28,035 nucleotides of DNA from a virus (lineage: Duplodnaviria > Caudoviricetes), in the IMG/VR virus record IMGVR_UViG_3300037473_000073, positions 1 to 28,035 of that record. One strand, written 5' to 3'. The notes under the pieces are model-generated. The model saw nothing but the letters and a program-made list of their open reading frames with translations. It was not told the DNA's origin and made no database searches. The position numbers and the translations under genes were made by a program. Below, piece after piece: positions 18,211 to 25,432 of this stretch; positions within the stretch are counted from its first letter, which is position 1; each line of letters opens with the position of its first letter.

Positions 18211-19410
18211 ATGCCATATAACGGCGTTGGAGTATTCCAAAGGGTTTATCAATGGGCGCAAGATGCTGCAAATGGTATCTTTGTTGATGCTACTCGTACC
18301 GATACCGATAGTAATGATATTGCTTCTGGTTTGACCAATTGTGTTACTCGTGATGGTCAATCGCCATGGCTTGCCAATATTCCTTCTGGCGGTTTTAAAA
18401 TCACAGGCCTTCCAGTTGGTACAAATGTCGGAGATTCTGTTAATTATGGGCAGGTGTTCAATTTTCCAGCATTTAATTCACCAACAATAGTTACTGATCC
18501 GCCTCTTACAGATAACAGCTCGCTATTGGTAAGTAGCAGATGGGTCAACCAAAAAGCGTTCCAGGCTGCACTTCCAGCCCAGTTGGGCAATGCTGGGAAG
18601 GTATTGAATACGGATGGTACAAATGCATCATGGACCGATACCGTAGTAATCCCCTTTATCTTCAGTTCCAGAGTCAACTTTGCTAAGGGCGCAGATATAG
18701 CAAGTGCTGCCACAATCAACTTGACAACGGCAACCGGGAACCTTATTCATGTAACTGGGGCTACCACGATTACAGCTATCACTATTCCAAGCGGTGCGGT
18801 ACGCGAAGTTGTATTCGATGCTGCACTGACCCTTACCAATGGCCCAAATCTGATTCTCCCGACAGCAGCCAACATCACTACAGCGGCCGGTGACTCTATG
18901 ACTGTTGTTGGTGATGGCGCGGCAGCTAGGGTTACAAAATATCAATTGGCAAATGGTCGCGCATTAGCAGTTGCCCCTCTTGGAGATCATGAAGTGGTAG
19001 TCAATACAGGTGCTGGTCTCGGCAGCACTAACACTGCAATCCGCCGCTTCACTACGCTTCAAAGCAGCGTAGGGACGGCGATTACCTATGCTTCTAGCGC
19101 TACGTTAGGGGATACATTCACTATTAATGAGATAGGTATATATGCTATCTCCTATACAGATAATGAAACTACCGGTGCAGGTTATGGTATTTCAGTAAAT
19201 TCTAATCAGCTTAGTACATCTGCTGCAAACATCACAGCAACTACACGAGTTGGATTTGGCCGGTCGGTTTCTGGTTCAGCCGTCTGTGTTACTGCAGTTG
19301 TAAAGTTAGGTGTAGGAGATGTAGTGCGGGCGCATTCCACAGCTGCATCTACGTTCAATATTAGTGCGGCCGACAACTATTTCCGTATCAAGAAGATTGG
19401 AGGCCTGTAA
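18211..19410 (+). CDS. tail fibre / receptor-binding protein with C1q-like C-terminal domain
   Basis: MPYNGVGVF...DIASGLTNCVTRDGQ...GGFKITGL virion-attachment N-terminus; KGADIASAATINL middle domain; GDTFTINEIGIYAISY...VKLGVGDVV C1q/TNF-like pattern. Confidence 0.85.
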   Translation: MPYNGVGVFQRVYQWAQDAANGIFVDATRTDTDSNDIASGLTNCVTRDGQSPWLANIPSGGFKITGLPVGTNVGDSVNYGQVFNFPAFNSPTIVTDPPLTDNSSLLVSSRWVNQKAFQAALPAQLGNAGKVLNTDGTNASWTDTVVIPFIFSSRVNFAKGADIASAATINLTTATGNLIHVTGATTITAITIPSGAVREVVFDAALTLTNGPNLILPTAANITTAAGDSMTVVGDGAAARVTKYQLANGRALAVAPLGDHEVVVNTGAGLGSTNTAIRRFTTLQSSVGTAITYASSATLGDTFTINEIGIYAISYTDNETTGAGYGISVNSNQLSTSAANITATTRVGFGRSVSGSAVCVTAVVKLGVGDVVRAHSTAASTFNISAADNYFRIKKIGGL

Positions 19411-19769
19411 TGCGTCTTCTCATCATCGACCCATTATTTGGCAGGCAGCTGATAGAAATCGGCGAAGGCGGAAGCTACAACGATCCAGAGCGTGTCTTAT
19501 GGGATGAACGTTCAGATGGCCCAATGCCGGACATTGATATCGGTGGCGCGATACGCGTTGATGACGATCTTCATTTTGATGAAGAAGTAAAAATATCTGA
19601 TTCCAATCTCAAGACAGCAGTTTTGACTCGTCAAGAAAACGCAAAGATTATTGATGATTTGATGCGCATCGATTCTAAGAGCATCCGCGCTCTACGGGAA
19701 GGCAATCAAGAACGTTTATCATATCTCGAATCGCAAGCTATCGAGCTTCGATCTCAATTAGTAAAATGA
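19410..19769 (+). CDS. putative tail fibre assembly/chaperone protein
   Basis: TAATG coupling to fibre gene; C-terminal IDSKSIRALRE...LESQAIELRSQL helix like fibre-associated proteins. Confidence 0.65.
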   Translation: MRLLIIDPLFGRQLIEIGEGGSYNDPERVLWDERSDGPMPDIDIGGAIRVDDDLHFDEEVKISDSNLKTAVLTRQENAKIIDDLMRIDSKSIRALREGNQERLSYLESQAIELRSQLVK

Positions 19770-19792
19770 TTTTTAACCTGAAAGGAAGCAAA

Positions 19793-19894
19793 ATGAAGCA
19801 ATTGAATATGGGTACTGGCAATGGCGGCGGCGTTCCTGAGCGCCCAAAGAAGCAACCTACTCAACCAGTGTCATCTCCAGCCAAGAAAAAATGA
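19793..19894 (+). CDS. 33-aa Gly/Pro/Lys-rich peptide MKQLNMGTGNGGGVPERPKKQPTQPVSSPAKKK
   Basis: AAAGGAAG RBS just upstream; stop overlaps next ATG (ATGA); below ORF-track cutoff. Confidence 0.75.
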   Translation: MKQLNMGTGNGGGVPERPKKQPTQPVSSPAKKK

Positions 19895-20292
19895 ACGGCT
19901 GGCGCGGTCGGATAGCTATGTTGTTGGCCTTTTGGCTGACAGCAAAGCTACATGCCTTAGCGATGGTAAGCCTGATGCTCCCGCCCACGGACGAGGCAGG
20001 ATTCCTTTTCTTTGGCACGGCCGCCGCCGTAGATTGGCTTTTGTTGTATAGCGCGCCCCGTTTGATTTCGGGGCGTTTGTGTGACGATATCCAGGCCTCA
20101 TGCATCGCCTCGATGGTCGTCAATGTCGCAGGATTCTGCGCGTATATGGCCCATATCCCGCCATGGTTGTATTACACGATCATTGATGGGGTAACTTATG
20201 GACAATACCTGCGACTTTTCTATGTGGGCCGCTACGATGCTGATTATCACGAGCGCTCTGTACTTCCTGGCGCTTATTGTGTCGGGAATTAG
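19891..20292 (+). CDS. predicted 4-TM membrane protein of unknown function
   Basis: Four hydrophobic segments with embedded polar residues; translationally coupled to the 33-aa peptide. Confidence 0.75.
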   Translation: MNGWRGRIAMLLAFWLTAKLHALAMVSLMLPPTDEAGFLFFGTAAAVDWLLLYSAPRLISGRLCDDIQASCIASMVVNVAGFCAYMAHIPPWLYYTIIDGVTYGQYLRLFYVGRYDADYHERSVLPGAYCVGN

Positions 20293-20365
20293 GCAGATCC
20301 TGAAACGGAAACGATATGAAAGAACAAATCGACAGCGCCAAAGAAGCCATCATCGAGGCGGCTAG
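20237..20365 (+). CDS. overprinted 42-aa single-TM cationic peptide MLIITSALYFLALIVSGIRQILKRKRYERTNRQRQRSHHRGG
   Basis: Own translation; uncharged 18-residue N-terminus then 10 Arg/Lys; overlaps both neighbours; SD weak. Confidence 0.45.
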   Translation: MLIITSALYFLALIVSGIRQILKRKRYERTNRQRQRSHHRGG

Positions 20366-20555
20366 TAATCCGAAAGTTGCTCTAGTTGTTGGAGTAGGTG
20401 TTCCTGGCGCGTCAAGTGCGGCGACAACACTTGAGATTATTACTGGGTGGACTGGTGCAATTACAGGTTGTCTAGCTATGTGTACCGGTGCTGTGGTCTT
20501 GGCTATTCAAGTTATCAAGCTGGTGCGTGAATGGCGTGCGCCTTCTAAGGAGTGA
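20316..20555 (+). CDS. putative holin, 79 aa
   Basis: Directly upstream of endolysin; 1-2 hydrophobic segments and charged C-terminus KLVREWRAPSKE. Confidence 0.6.
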   Translation: MKEQIDSAKEAIIEAASNPKVALVVGVGVPGASSAATTLEIITGWTGAITGCLAMCTGAVVLAIQVIKLVREWRAPSKE

Positions 20556-20558
20556 TCC

Positions 20559-21041
20559 ATGCTGAACTTCGATGATGCTTTTATCAGGTTGATGGAAAAC
20601 GAGGGCGAATTTTCAGATCGCCCCTTATCAGATGACCCAGGTGGTCAGACAAAATTTGGCATCACGAAGGCGGTAGCACGAGCATTGGGCTACTTAGGCG
20701 AGATGAAAGACCTACCACTTTCGACAGCAAAAGAAATCGCCCGGTCAAATTACTGGACGCCACAACGCTGTGACCAACTACCTCCTGCTATTGCCTTCCA
20801 CGTGTTCGATACAGCGTATCACGGTGGCTCTCCGGCTCGTTGGCTGCAAGCTTCCGTAGGCGTAAATCAAGATGGAATCATTGGCCCCAAAACCATTGAA
20901 GCTGTGCGAGCATCTAACCCAGCACAAGTAGTGATGGCGTTCAATCGTCGTCGCCTGGAATACCTCACTAAGCTTAAAAACTGGCCTGAGAATTCTCGTG
21001 GCTGGACTATGCGTATCGTACGCAACATGGAGGTATTCTGA
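20559..21041 (+). CDS. endolysin, glycoside hydrolase family 108 with C-terminal peptidoglycan-binding domain
   Basis: AAGGAG RBS; NEGEFS...DPGGQTKFGIT (variant of EGGY..DPGG.T..GI), YW...CDQLP..IA..VFD, DGIIGPKT, RGW..R. Confidence 0.92.
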   Translation: MLNFDDAFIRLMENEGEFSDRPLSDDPGGQTKFGITKAVARALGYLGEMKDLPLSTAKEIARSNYWTPQRCDQLPPAIAFHVFDTAYHGGSPARWLQASVGVNQDGIIGPKTIEAVRASNPAQVVMAFNRRRLEYLTKLKNWPENSRGWTMRIVRNMEVF

Positions 21042-21424
21042 TGGCTATGGACCCAATCACTGCCGGAATGGATCTGGCAAATAGCGTTATTTCACGCATT
21101 TGGCCTGATAAGAGCGAGCAGGAAAAGCAAGAAATGGCTGGCGCACTTGTTCTGCTACAAGGCCAATTGAACGTTAACCAAGCAGAGGCAGGCAGTAGCT
21201 CCTTATTCGTAGCAGGGTGGAGGCCATTTGTCGGCTGGACATGCGGCGCAGCATTTGCGTTCAAGTTTGTAGGTGGCCCCGTGCTGGTGCTGGTAGCTTC
21301 CTACTTTGGGCATCCAGTTACACTGCCTGAATTTGACTATAGCGAGATGAGCACAATTTTGCTAGGCATGCTGGGGTTAGGCGGCTTGAGGACTGTTGAA
21401 AAGATCAAAGGTGCTGCAAAGTAA
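21041..21424 (+). CDS. 3TM holin family protein (gene-transfer-release type)
   Basis: GGAGG RBS; QLNVNQAEA..SSLFVAGWRPFVGW and LLGMLGLGGLRTVEKIKG signature. Confidence 0.88.
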   Translation: MAMDPITAGMDLANSVISRIWPDKSEQEKQEMAGALVLLQGQLNVNQAEAGSSSLFVAGWRPFVGWTCGAAFAFKFVGGPVLVLVASYFGHPVTLPEFDYSEMSTILLGMLGLGGLRTVEKIKGAAK

Positions 21425-21442
21425 AACCCCGCCGAAGCGGGG
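21423..21442 (-). terminator. intrinsic terminator for the minus-strand lipoprotein gene, at the convergence with the late operon
   Basis: Minus strand reads CCCCGC-TTCG-GCGGGG-TTTT. Confidence 0.8.
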
Positions 21443-21450
21443 CTATGCCA

Positions 21451-21912
21451 TCAGTTGCCCATCCCTTTCCCGGTCTGGAACATGGCGCAGGCGTCGTTCA
21501 ACGTTTCAGCACCATAGCCGAACATGAACACGCTGTTGGTACCATCTGGGCAGGTAAAATATTCCGCGTTCTTTGCCGACAGATATTTGTTTGACGAGCC
21601 GTAGCGCACGAGGCCGTTAGCTGCGGCCTGAGCCTGCATGTTGGCCCATACAGTGCCGTTCATGTCAGCACAGCCTTTGGTTTCGCGTACGAAGCCGGCA
21701 AACGCACCCGCATTATTGTACGCAGGGACAGAACGGTAGATGTTGACGCCAGTGGCAGTTTTTTCGATGCCAGTAGCTCCTTTGATACTGCACACCGTGT
21801 TGGCGGGGTTGGCCGTGAAATTCTCATTCAGAGGTGCCGCTTTTGCCTGACCGCCACAAGCTACCAAGCCAACCATAACAACTGCGATTGCTGAAAACAT
21901 TGCTTTTTTCAT
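21451..21912 (-). CDS. exported protein, probable lipoprotein, 153 aa
   Basis: AAGGAG RBS; MKK + hydrophobic core + lipobox LVA-C19; four more Cys. Confidence 0.8.
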   Translation of the reverse strand: MKKAMFSAIAVVMVGLVACGGQAKAAPLNENFTANPANTVCSIKGATGIEKTATGVNIYRSVPAYNNAGAFAGFVRETKGCADMNGTVWANMQAQAAANGLVRYGSSNKYLSAKNAEYFTCPDGTNSVFMFGYGAETLNDACAMFQTGKGMGN

Positions 21913-21995
21913 CTGATACTCCTTCAGGATATTCCAGGCTACCGGCCTGGTTTCGGTACAGCAAAATTTTACATCGGCTATGTTGCAAGTAATGG

Positions 21996-22517
21996 TTATT
22001 TCTCTACCTGCTGGGGAGGTGCTGCGCGGTACAGTGCAGCCACAAAGCGTTCCAAAGAGCCGTCGCCAACTTTAAACTTCACGGCAGTACGTGGCCCATT
22101 TGGATGCGTGAACGCGCTTACCATACTGGCTGCGCCGCAGGAAACAGCAAGATCGTCAAGTGTTACGCCCTCTGGCGTGGCCTCGCTACGACGCTCCTCG
22201 AATACGAAAGCCGGGATCGGTACATGCTTTGGCATGTACGCCAGCAAATGGCCCCAGGTGCGGTCGTCAGGCTTGGCGCCGGGGAAATTGCCAGCGGCAT
22301 CGATGAACTCCCACAGCTTTTCCTCAAGGAAAGCTGCTGCGTTGTCCTTGGTGACGATGCGCGGCTGTTTAGCAAAGCTGTGCCCAGCCTCGAATGCCTT
22401 GAAAGGATGTCTCCTATCATCAGAATGAGGAAACACGCTGCTCTCGCGCATCCATTTCGTATATCCGTCGAGTAGATCATCGTCGCCCTCTGGCGTGGCT
22501 TGATCTTTATCAATCAT
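21996..22517 (-). CDS. hypothetical mosaic accessory protein
   Basis: Start re-called to ATG 22517 (GGAG upstream, overlaps upstream stop); ATPEG linker occurs twice. Confidence 0.7.
   Translation of the reverse strand: MIDKDQATPEGDDDLLDGYTKWMRESSVFPHSDDRRHPFKAFEAGHSFAKQPRIVTKDNAAAFLEEKLWEFIDAAGNFPGAKPDDRTWGHLLAYMPKHVPIPAFVFEERRSEATPEGVTLDDLAVSCGAASMVSAFTHPNGPRTAVKFKVGDGSLERFVAALYRAAPPQQVEK
22166..22499. repeat. 16-bp direct repeat CGCCCTCTGGCGTGGC at 22166-22181 and 22484-22499
   Basis: Exact match read from sequence; both encode ATPEG in the same frame. Confidence 0.85.
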
Positions 22518-23331
22518 GTTCAACTCCATAAAAAGTCAGCAATGCACTATATGCGCGTGGATCAATTTTGTCCTTCCATTCATCGGCTAATGCCGTAAGT
22601 TGCCGTTGCTTTGCTTTGAGGTAAGCCCTAGATGCCTCCTGAGGGCATTCAAAGCCGCCGACAGGTACATATTTGTCTTTGTCGATGTAAGAGGCATAGA
22701 ACCGTGGCCCGCGTTTTACAACACCAGTTGGTAGCCCGCTTTCCTTTGCTGGAATACCGCGAATGGCAATATTGATCTGGTTCGGCACAAAAACACAGGT
22801 TTGCGGGCTGTAGATCAACTCACCATTCGACAGCAAGTCCTTATCAATGTGGAATCCAGGCGTGCCGTAGCCTATCTGCTTCACCGCCCACGATGCAAAC
22901 GTCTGGTATTCATAGAAGTCGGGATGGATTTTACAGGCGCTGTAATCGCGATTAGATGCACCATGAACCCGGCGCAGCATCTGCTGCCATGCTCTGAACG
23001 TTATGCATGATTGAGACGTTGAATGCGGCCCTTCGCCTAATCTGCCAACACCGAAATATGGCTTCCCGGATGGATGCGGCAACTCAAGGTTATCGATTCT
23101 CAGATCGCTTTTGTCGCCATTCTTGTGAATAGCACGAAATGGCAAAACGCCGTGCACATACAGCCAAGCAAGACGACCAAGAGAGTAATTCGCACCGTCA
23201 ATGCTAGTTTGAATGTTGCCCTTTTCATGGATGCGTCCGATCTTTCGAGCAGAACCATCAACCCTGATAAATTCTCCGGTTGCTGGATCATAATGAAAGA
23301 CTTCCTTCAATCGTTCAATAGTCAGCATCAT
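22510..23331 (-). CDS. HNH homing endonuclease-like protein: degenerate HNH + second IDKD..YSP.TC nuclease-like domain + AP2-like domain
   Basis: LTIERLKEVFHYDPATGEF, RLAWLYVHG...IHKNGDKSDLRIDNL; AWQQMLRR...FHIDKDLL...YSPQTCVFVPNQIN; LPTGV...VGGFECPQEASRAY. Confidence 0.85.
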   Translation of the reverse strand: MMLTIERLKEVFHYDPATGEFIRVDGSARKIGRIHEKGNIQTSIDGANYSLGRLAWLYVHGVLPFRAIHKNGDKSDLRIDNLELPHPSGKPYFGVGRLGEGPHSTSQSCITFRAWQQMLRRVHGASNRDYSACKIHPDFYEYQTFASWAVKQIGYGTPGFHIDKDLLSNGELIYSPQTCVFVPNQINIAIRGIPAKESGLPTGVVKRGPRFYASYIDKDKYVPVGGFECPQEASRAYLKAKQRQLTALADEWKDKIDPRAYSALLTFYGVEHD

Positions 23332-23954
23332 TTCTCCCCGGATGGCTCTTGCTGTGCGGGCGAGAGAAGTGCGATAGCCGCATCAATCGTTGCCACATCG
23401 GCATCAACTGCTTTATGCCGATGCTCTTTGTAGCCTGCGAATTCTTGGTGGCATCGCTCGGCCACTTCATGCGCTGCGTCGCGGCCAATTTCGAGTGCTT
23501 CTTTCACTGCTTCTGCCTTGGCTTTCCAGTGGTCGCGGTCGGCTTCCAATTCAACCGCTTGCTGAATGAGCTTTGCGATCTTCGCATTGGCCTTGGTGCT
23601 GCGCTCGATCATCTCGCTGATTTGGTTCGTCAACTGCACGTATTCTTCGCGCATGTCGCGCCGGCCTTCCAGCCGTGCCTCTTCCTTATCCTTTTCGCGC
23701 ACGGCTTCGGCCTGTTGGACGCGCTCGCTCAATGTGGACATCAATGCGACATCGGTTTCATGCATGTCACGCTTACCAGCGACATACTGCTGAAGTCCGT
23801 AGAGCTTGATTTCTTCCACTGCTTCGATGAGTCGATCTTCTGCAAGACTCGTACTTGCCGTCAGCCAGATTGTGCGGATCATCTGAGCAAAATCCGGCGT
23901 ATCAATCGTGCTCTCTGCTTTGCCAGAGGTGATATGGCTTTCGGTGGTGGTCAT
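23328..23954 (-). CDS. hypothetical coiled-coil accessory protein
   Basis: Start re-called to ATG 23954 (AAGGAA RBS); ELEADRDHWKAKAE coiled coil; internal GKRDMHE / GRRDMRE duplication. Confidence 0.75.
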   Translation of the reverse strand: MTTTESHITSGKAESTIDTPDFAQMIRTIWLTASTSLAEDRLIEAVEEIKLYGLQQYVAGKRDMHETDVALMSTLSERVQQAEAVREKDKEEARLEGRRDMREEYVQLTNQISEMIERSTKANAKIAKLIQQAVELEADRDHWKAKAEAVKEALEIGRDAAHEVAERCHQEFAGYKEHRHKAVDADVATIDAAIALLSPAQQEPSGEK

Positions 23955-23962
23955 AACGTTCC

Positions 23963-24118
23963 TTAGAAGTCGATCACAGCGATGTTCGTATCGCCGTTCT
24001 TCGTATCTCGGTACACCTCTTCGTACTGGCATTCCTTAATCAGTTCCTCAGCCTCTTCCACGCTGTCGCACTGATGCAGGATGTCTCCTTGTTGGTTCCA
24101 AATAATTGTCTTGTTCAT
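23963..24118 (-). CDS. hypothetical 51-aa acidic protein (MNKTIIWNQQGDILHQCDSVEEAEELIKECQ...)
   Basis: AAGGGAG RBS; fills the gap exactly; not in ORF track. Confidence 0.75.
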   Translation of the reverse strand: MNKTIIWNQQGDILHQCDSVEEAEELIKECQYEEVYRDTKNGDTNIAVIDF

Positions 24119-24146
24119 GTGTTTCTCCCTTAGAGAAATGAATGGG

Positions 24147-24338
24147 TTATGGACGTTCCGGCATCGGCTTGTTGCCTTTGCTCATACGCCATTCGGCAAT
24201 CGCGCGCATCCAGTCCGACTCGCACTTGTTGCAGGTGGCCGTGCCGTCGTCGTGGGCGAGGTAGTGCATTTCTTCCAGCTTCAGCCGGGCCAGGCATTTG
24301 CGGCAGTGCGTTGCCACGTTCAGCAGCCCGCCGCTCAT
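24147..24338 (-). CDS. small zinc-finger-like protein
   Basis: CRKC...CNKC; GGAG upstream, ATGA coupling. Confidence 0.7.
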   Translation of the reverse strand: MSGGLLNVATHCRKCLARLKLEEMHYLAHDDGTATCNKCESDWMRAIAEWRMSKGNKPMPERP

Positions 24339-24538
24339 GGCTTCTCTCCCTCCGCTTGCTGGGGGAGTGCTGGAGAGGCTGCGAAAAGCTTGCCGTGGAA
24401 CTTTCGGAACCGATCTGCACCTTCGCGCTCGTACAGAGCTTGCGCCTCAGGCGACAACTCCATTCCTTCAACACACGTCTTCGCGTATGCGAGTTCTGCA
24501 GCCGCGTCGTGCGGGAATAGATCGATTTGTGCATTCAT
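24335..24538 (-). CDS. hypothetical protein, 67 aa
   Basis: MNAQIDLFP start; GGAGGGA upstream; packed in operon. Confidence 0.7.
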   Translation of the reverse strand: MNAQIDLFPHDAAAELAYAKTCVEGMELSPEAQALYEREGADRFRKFHGKLFAASPALPQQAEGEKP

Positions 24539-24541
24539 CGC

Positions 24542-25432
24542 TCATCCCTCCGCTTTATCAGCGCTTTGCGCGAGTTGAGCTGGCGCGGGTGGGAGTGGCA
24601 TCCAGTGCGTGACGCGAAGCCAATCAAGACGGACGTTCTCATGCCCGTGGTGCTGAACGTACTCGCCGTAATACCAGCCTTTGCGGTCCATCTCTGCCGT
24701 GTTGCAGTAGTCGGTCGGATGCGGCCACACCATAACTTCGGTATACAGCTCAGGCAGCCGATCATTCACGCTGACCCACTTGTCCTGCTCTTGCGCTGGA
24801 ACCTGTTTAGCAAGAGCGGCAGCTTCAGCCTGCGCAAGTTTTTCCTGATAGCGCTTGATGCATTTATCGGCTTCCTTCACAGCGTGTGCTTGTCGGCAGC
24901 AGATGTCGTACAGTTGACCAGGGTGCAGATTCTTCAGGTGTGCGACTGGCGGCGCTTCCAGCGTTGCCAAAGAAGCAGCGGCGGCGAGCGCAGACTTAAA
25001 TCCAGCGCGATAGCCGTCACGATGGCAGCCGCGCTCATGACTATCCAGCGCATAATCTCGGTAGTCCGGCATTTTTGGCTGCAATTGCCGTATCACCGCA
25101 GCCAGGTTGGTAACAGGGGCGGCAGCTTTCGCGCGCAGGTTCCATGCGTCCATGGCGTTTTGCAGCGGGCCGGTCCGAGTCATCGAGAGCGCGCAGGTAT
25201 AGCAATGCACGGTGCTATGTGCGCCGCCTACGTCCAGCGATCCGCAGCACGGGCATTCAGCCAGCTCGCCATCGCTGGTATACCGCAGCGGCTGCTCGGT
25301 AGTGGCGCTAGATGCTAAAGCAGCGCGGAGTTCGGCGATTTCGGCTTCCATGTAGACTTTCGGCCATTCCACCGGCTTAGATGCGCGGCTGTCTTCGTCG
25401 CTTCGCTCCTGCCAAGTCTTGATCTTACTCAT
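24542..25432 (-). CDS. mosaic protein with Lar-like (restriction alleviation) zinc domain and C-terminal DUF551
   Basis: Start re-called to MSKIKTWQER; LAECPCCGS...VHCYTC...AMDAWNLRA; WVSVNDRLPE...VTHWMPLPPAP. Confidence 0.8.
   Translation of the reverse strand: MSKIKTWQERSDEDSRASKPVEWPKVYMEAEIAELRAALASSATTEQPLRYTSDGELAECPCCGSLDVGGAHSTVHCYTCALSMTRTGPLQNAMDAWNLRAKAAAPVTNLAAVIRQLQPKMPDYRDYALDSHERGCHRDGYRAGFKSALAAAASLATLEAPPVAHLKNLHPGQLYDICCRQAHAVKEADKCIKRYQEKLAQAEAAALAKQVPAQEQDKWVSVNDRLPELYTEVMVWPHPTDYCNTAEMDRKGWYYGEYVQHHGHENVRLDWLRVTHWMPLPPAPAQLAQSADKAEG

Noticed and set aside
18211-19800. Diversity-generating retroelement acting on the tail fibre
   Set aside because: No reverse transcriptase and no template/variable repeat pair seen in the window
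19793-19894. 33-aa peptide as a lasso or other RiPP precursor
   Set aside because: No cyclase, leader peptidase or modifying enzyme in the window, and no correctly placed leader Thr
19821-20051. 76-aa plus-strand ORF from the ORF track
   Set aside because: No RBS; conflicts with the better-supported coupled 33-aa and 133-aa genes
21041-21049. Met-Ala-Met possible holin/antiholin dual start
   Set aside because: Lambda S-type dual starts rely on a basic residue between the Mets; Ala gives no charge difference
21451-21912. Lipoprotein as o-spanin or u-spanin
   Set aside because: Opposite strand to the lysis genes, no i-spanin partner, no C-terminal TM helix
21955-21990. Dedicated sigma70 promoter for the lipoprotein (TTGCAA ... 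TAAAAT on minus strand)
   Set aside because: The hexamers are only 11 nt apart; not supportable as a canonical promoter
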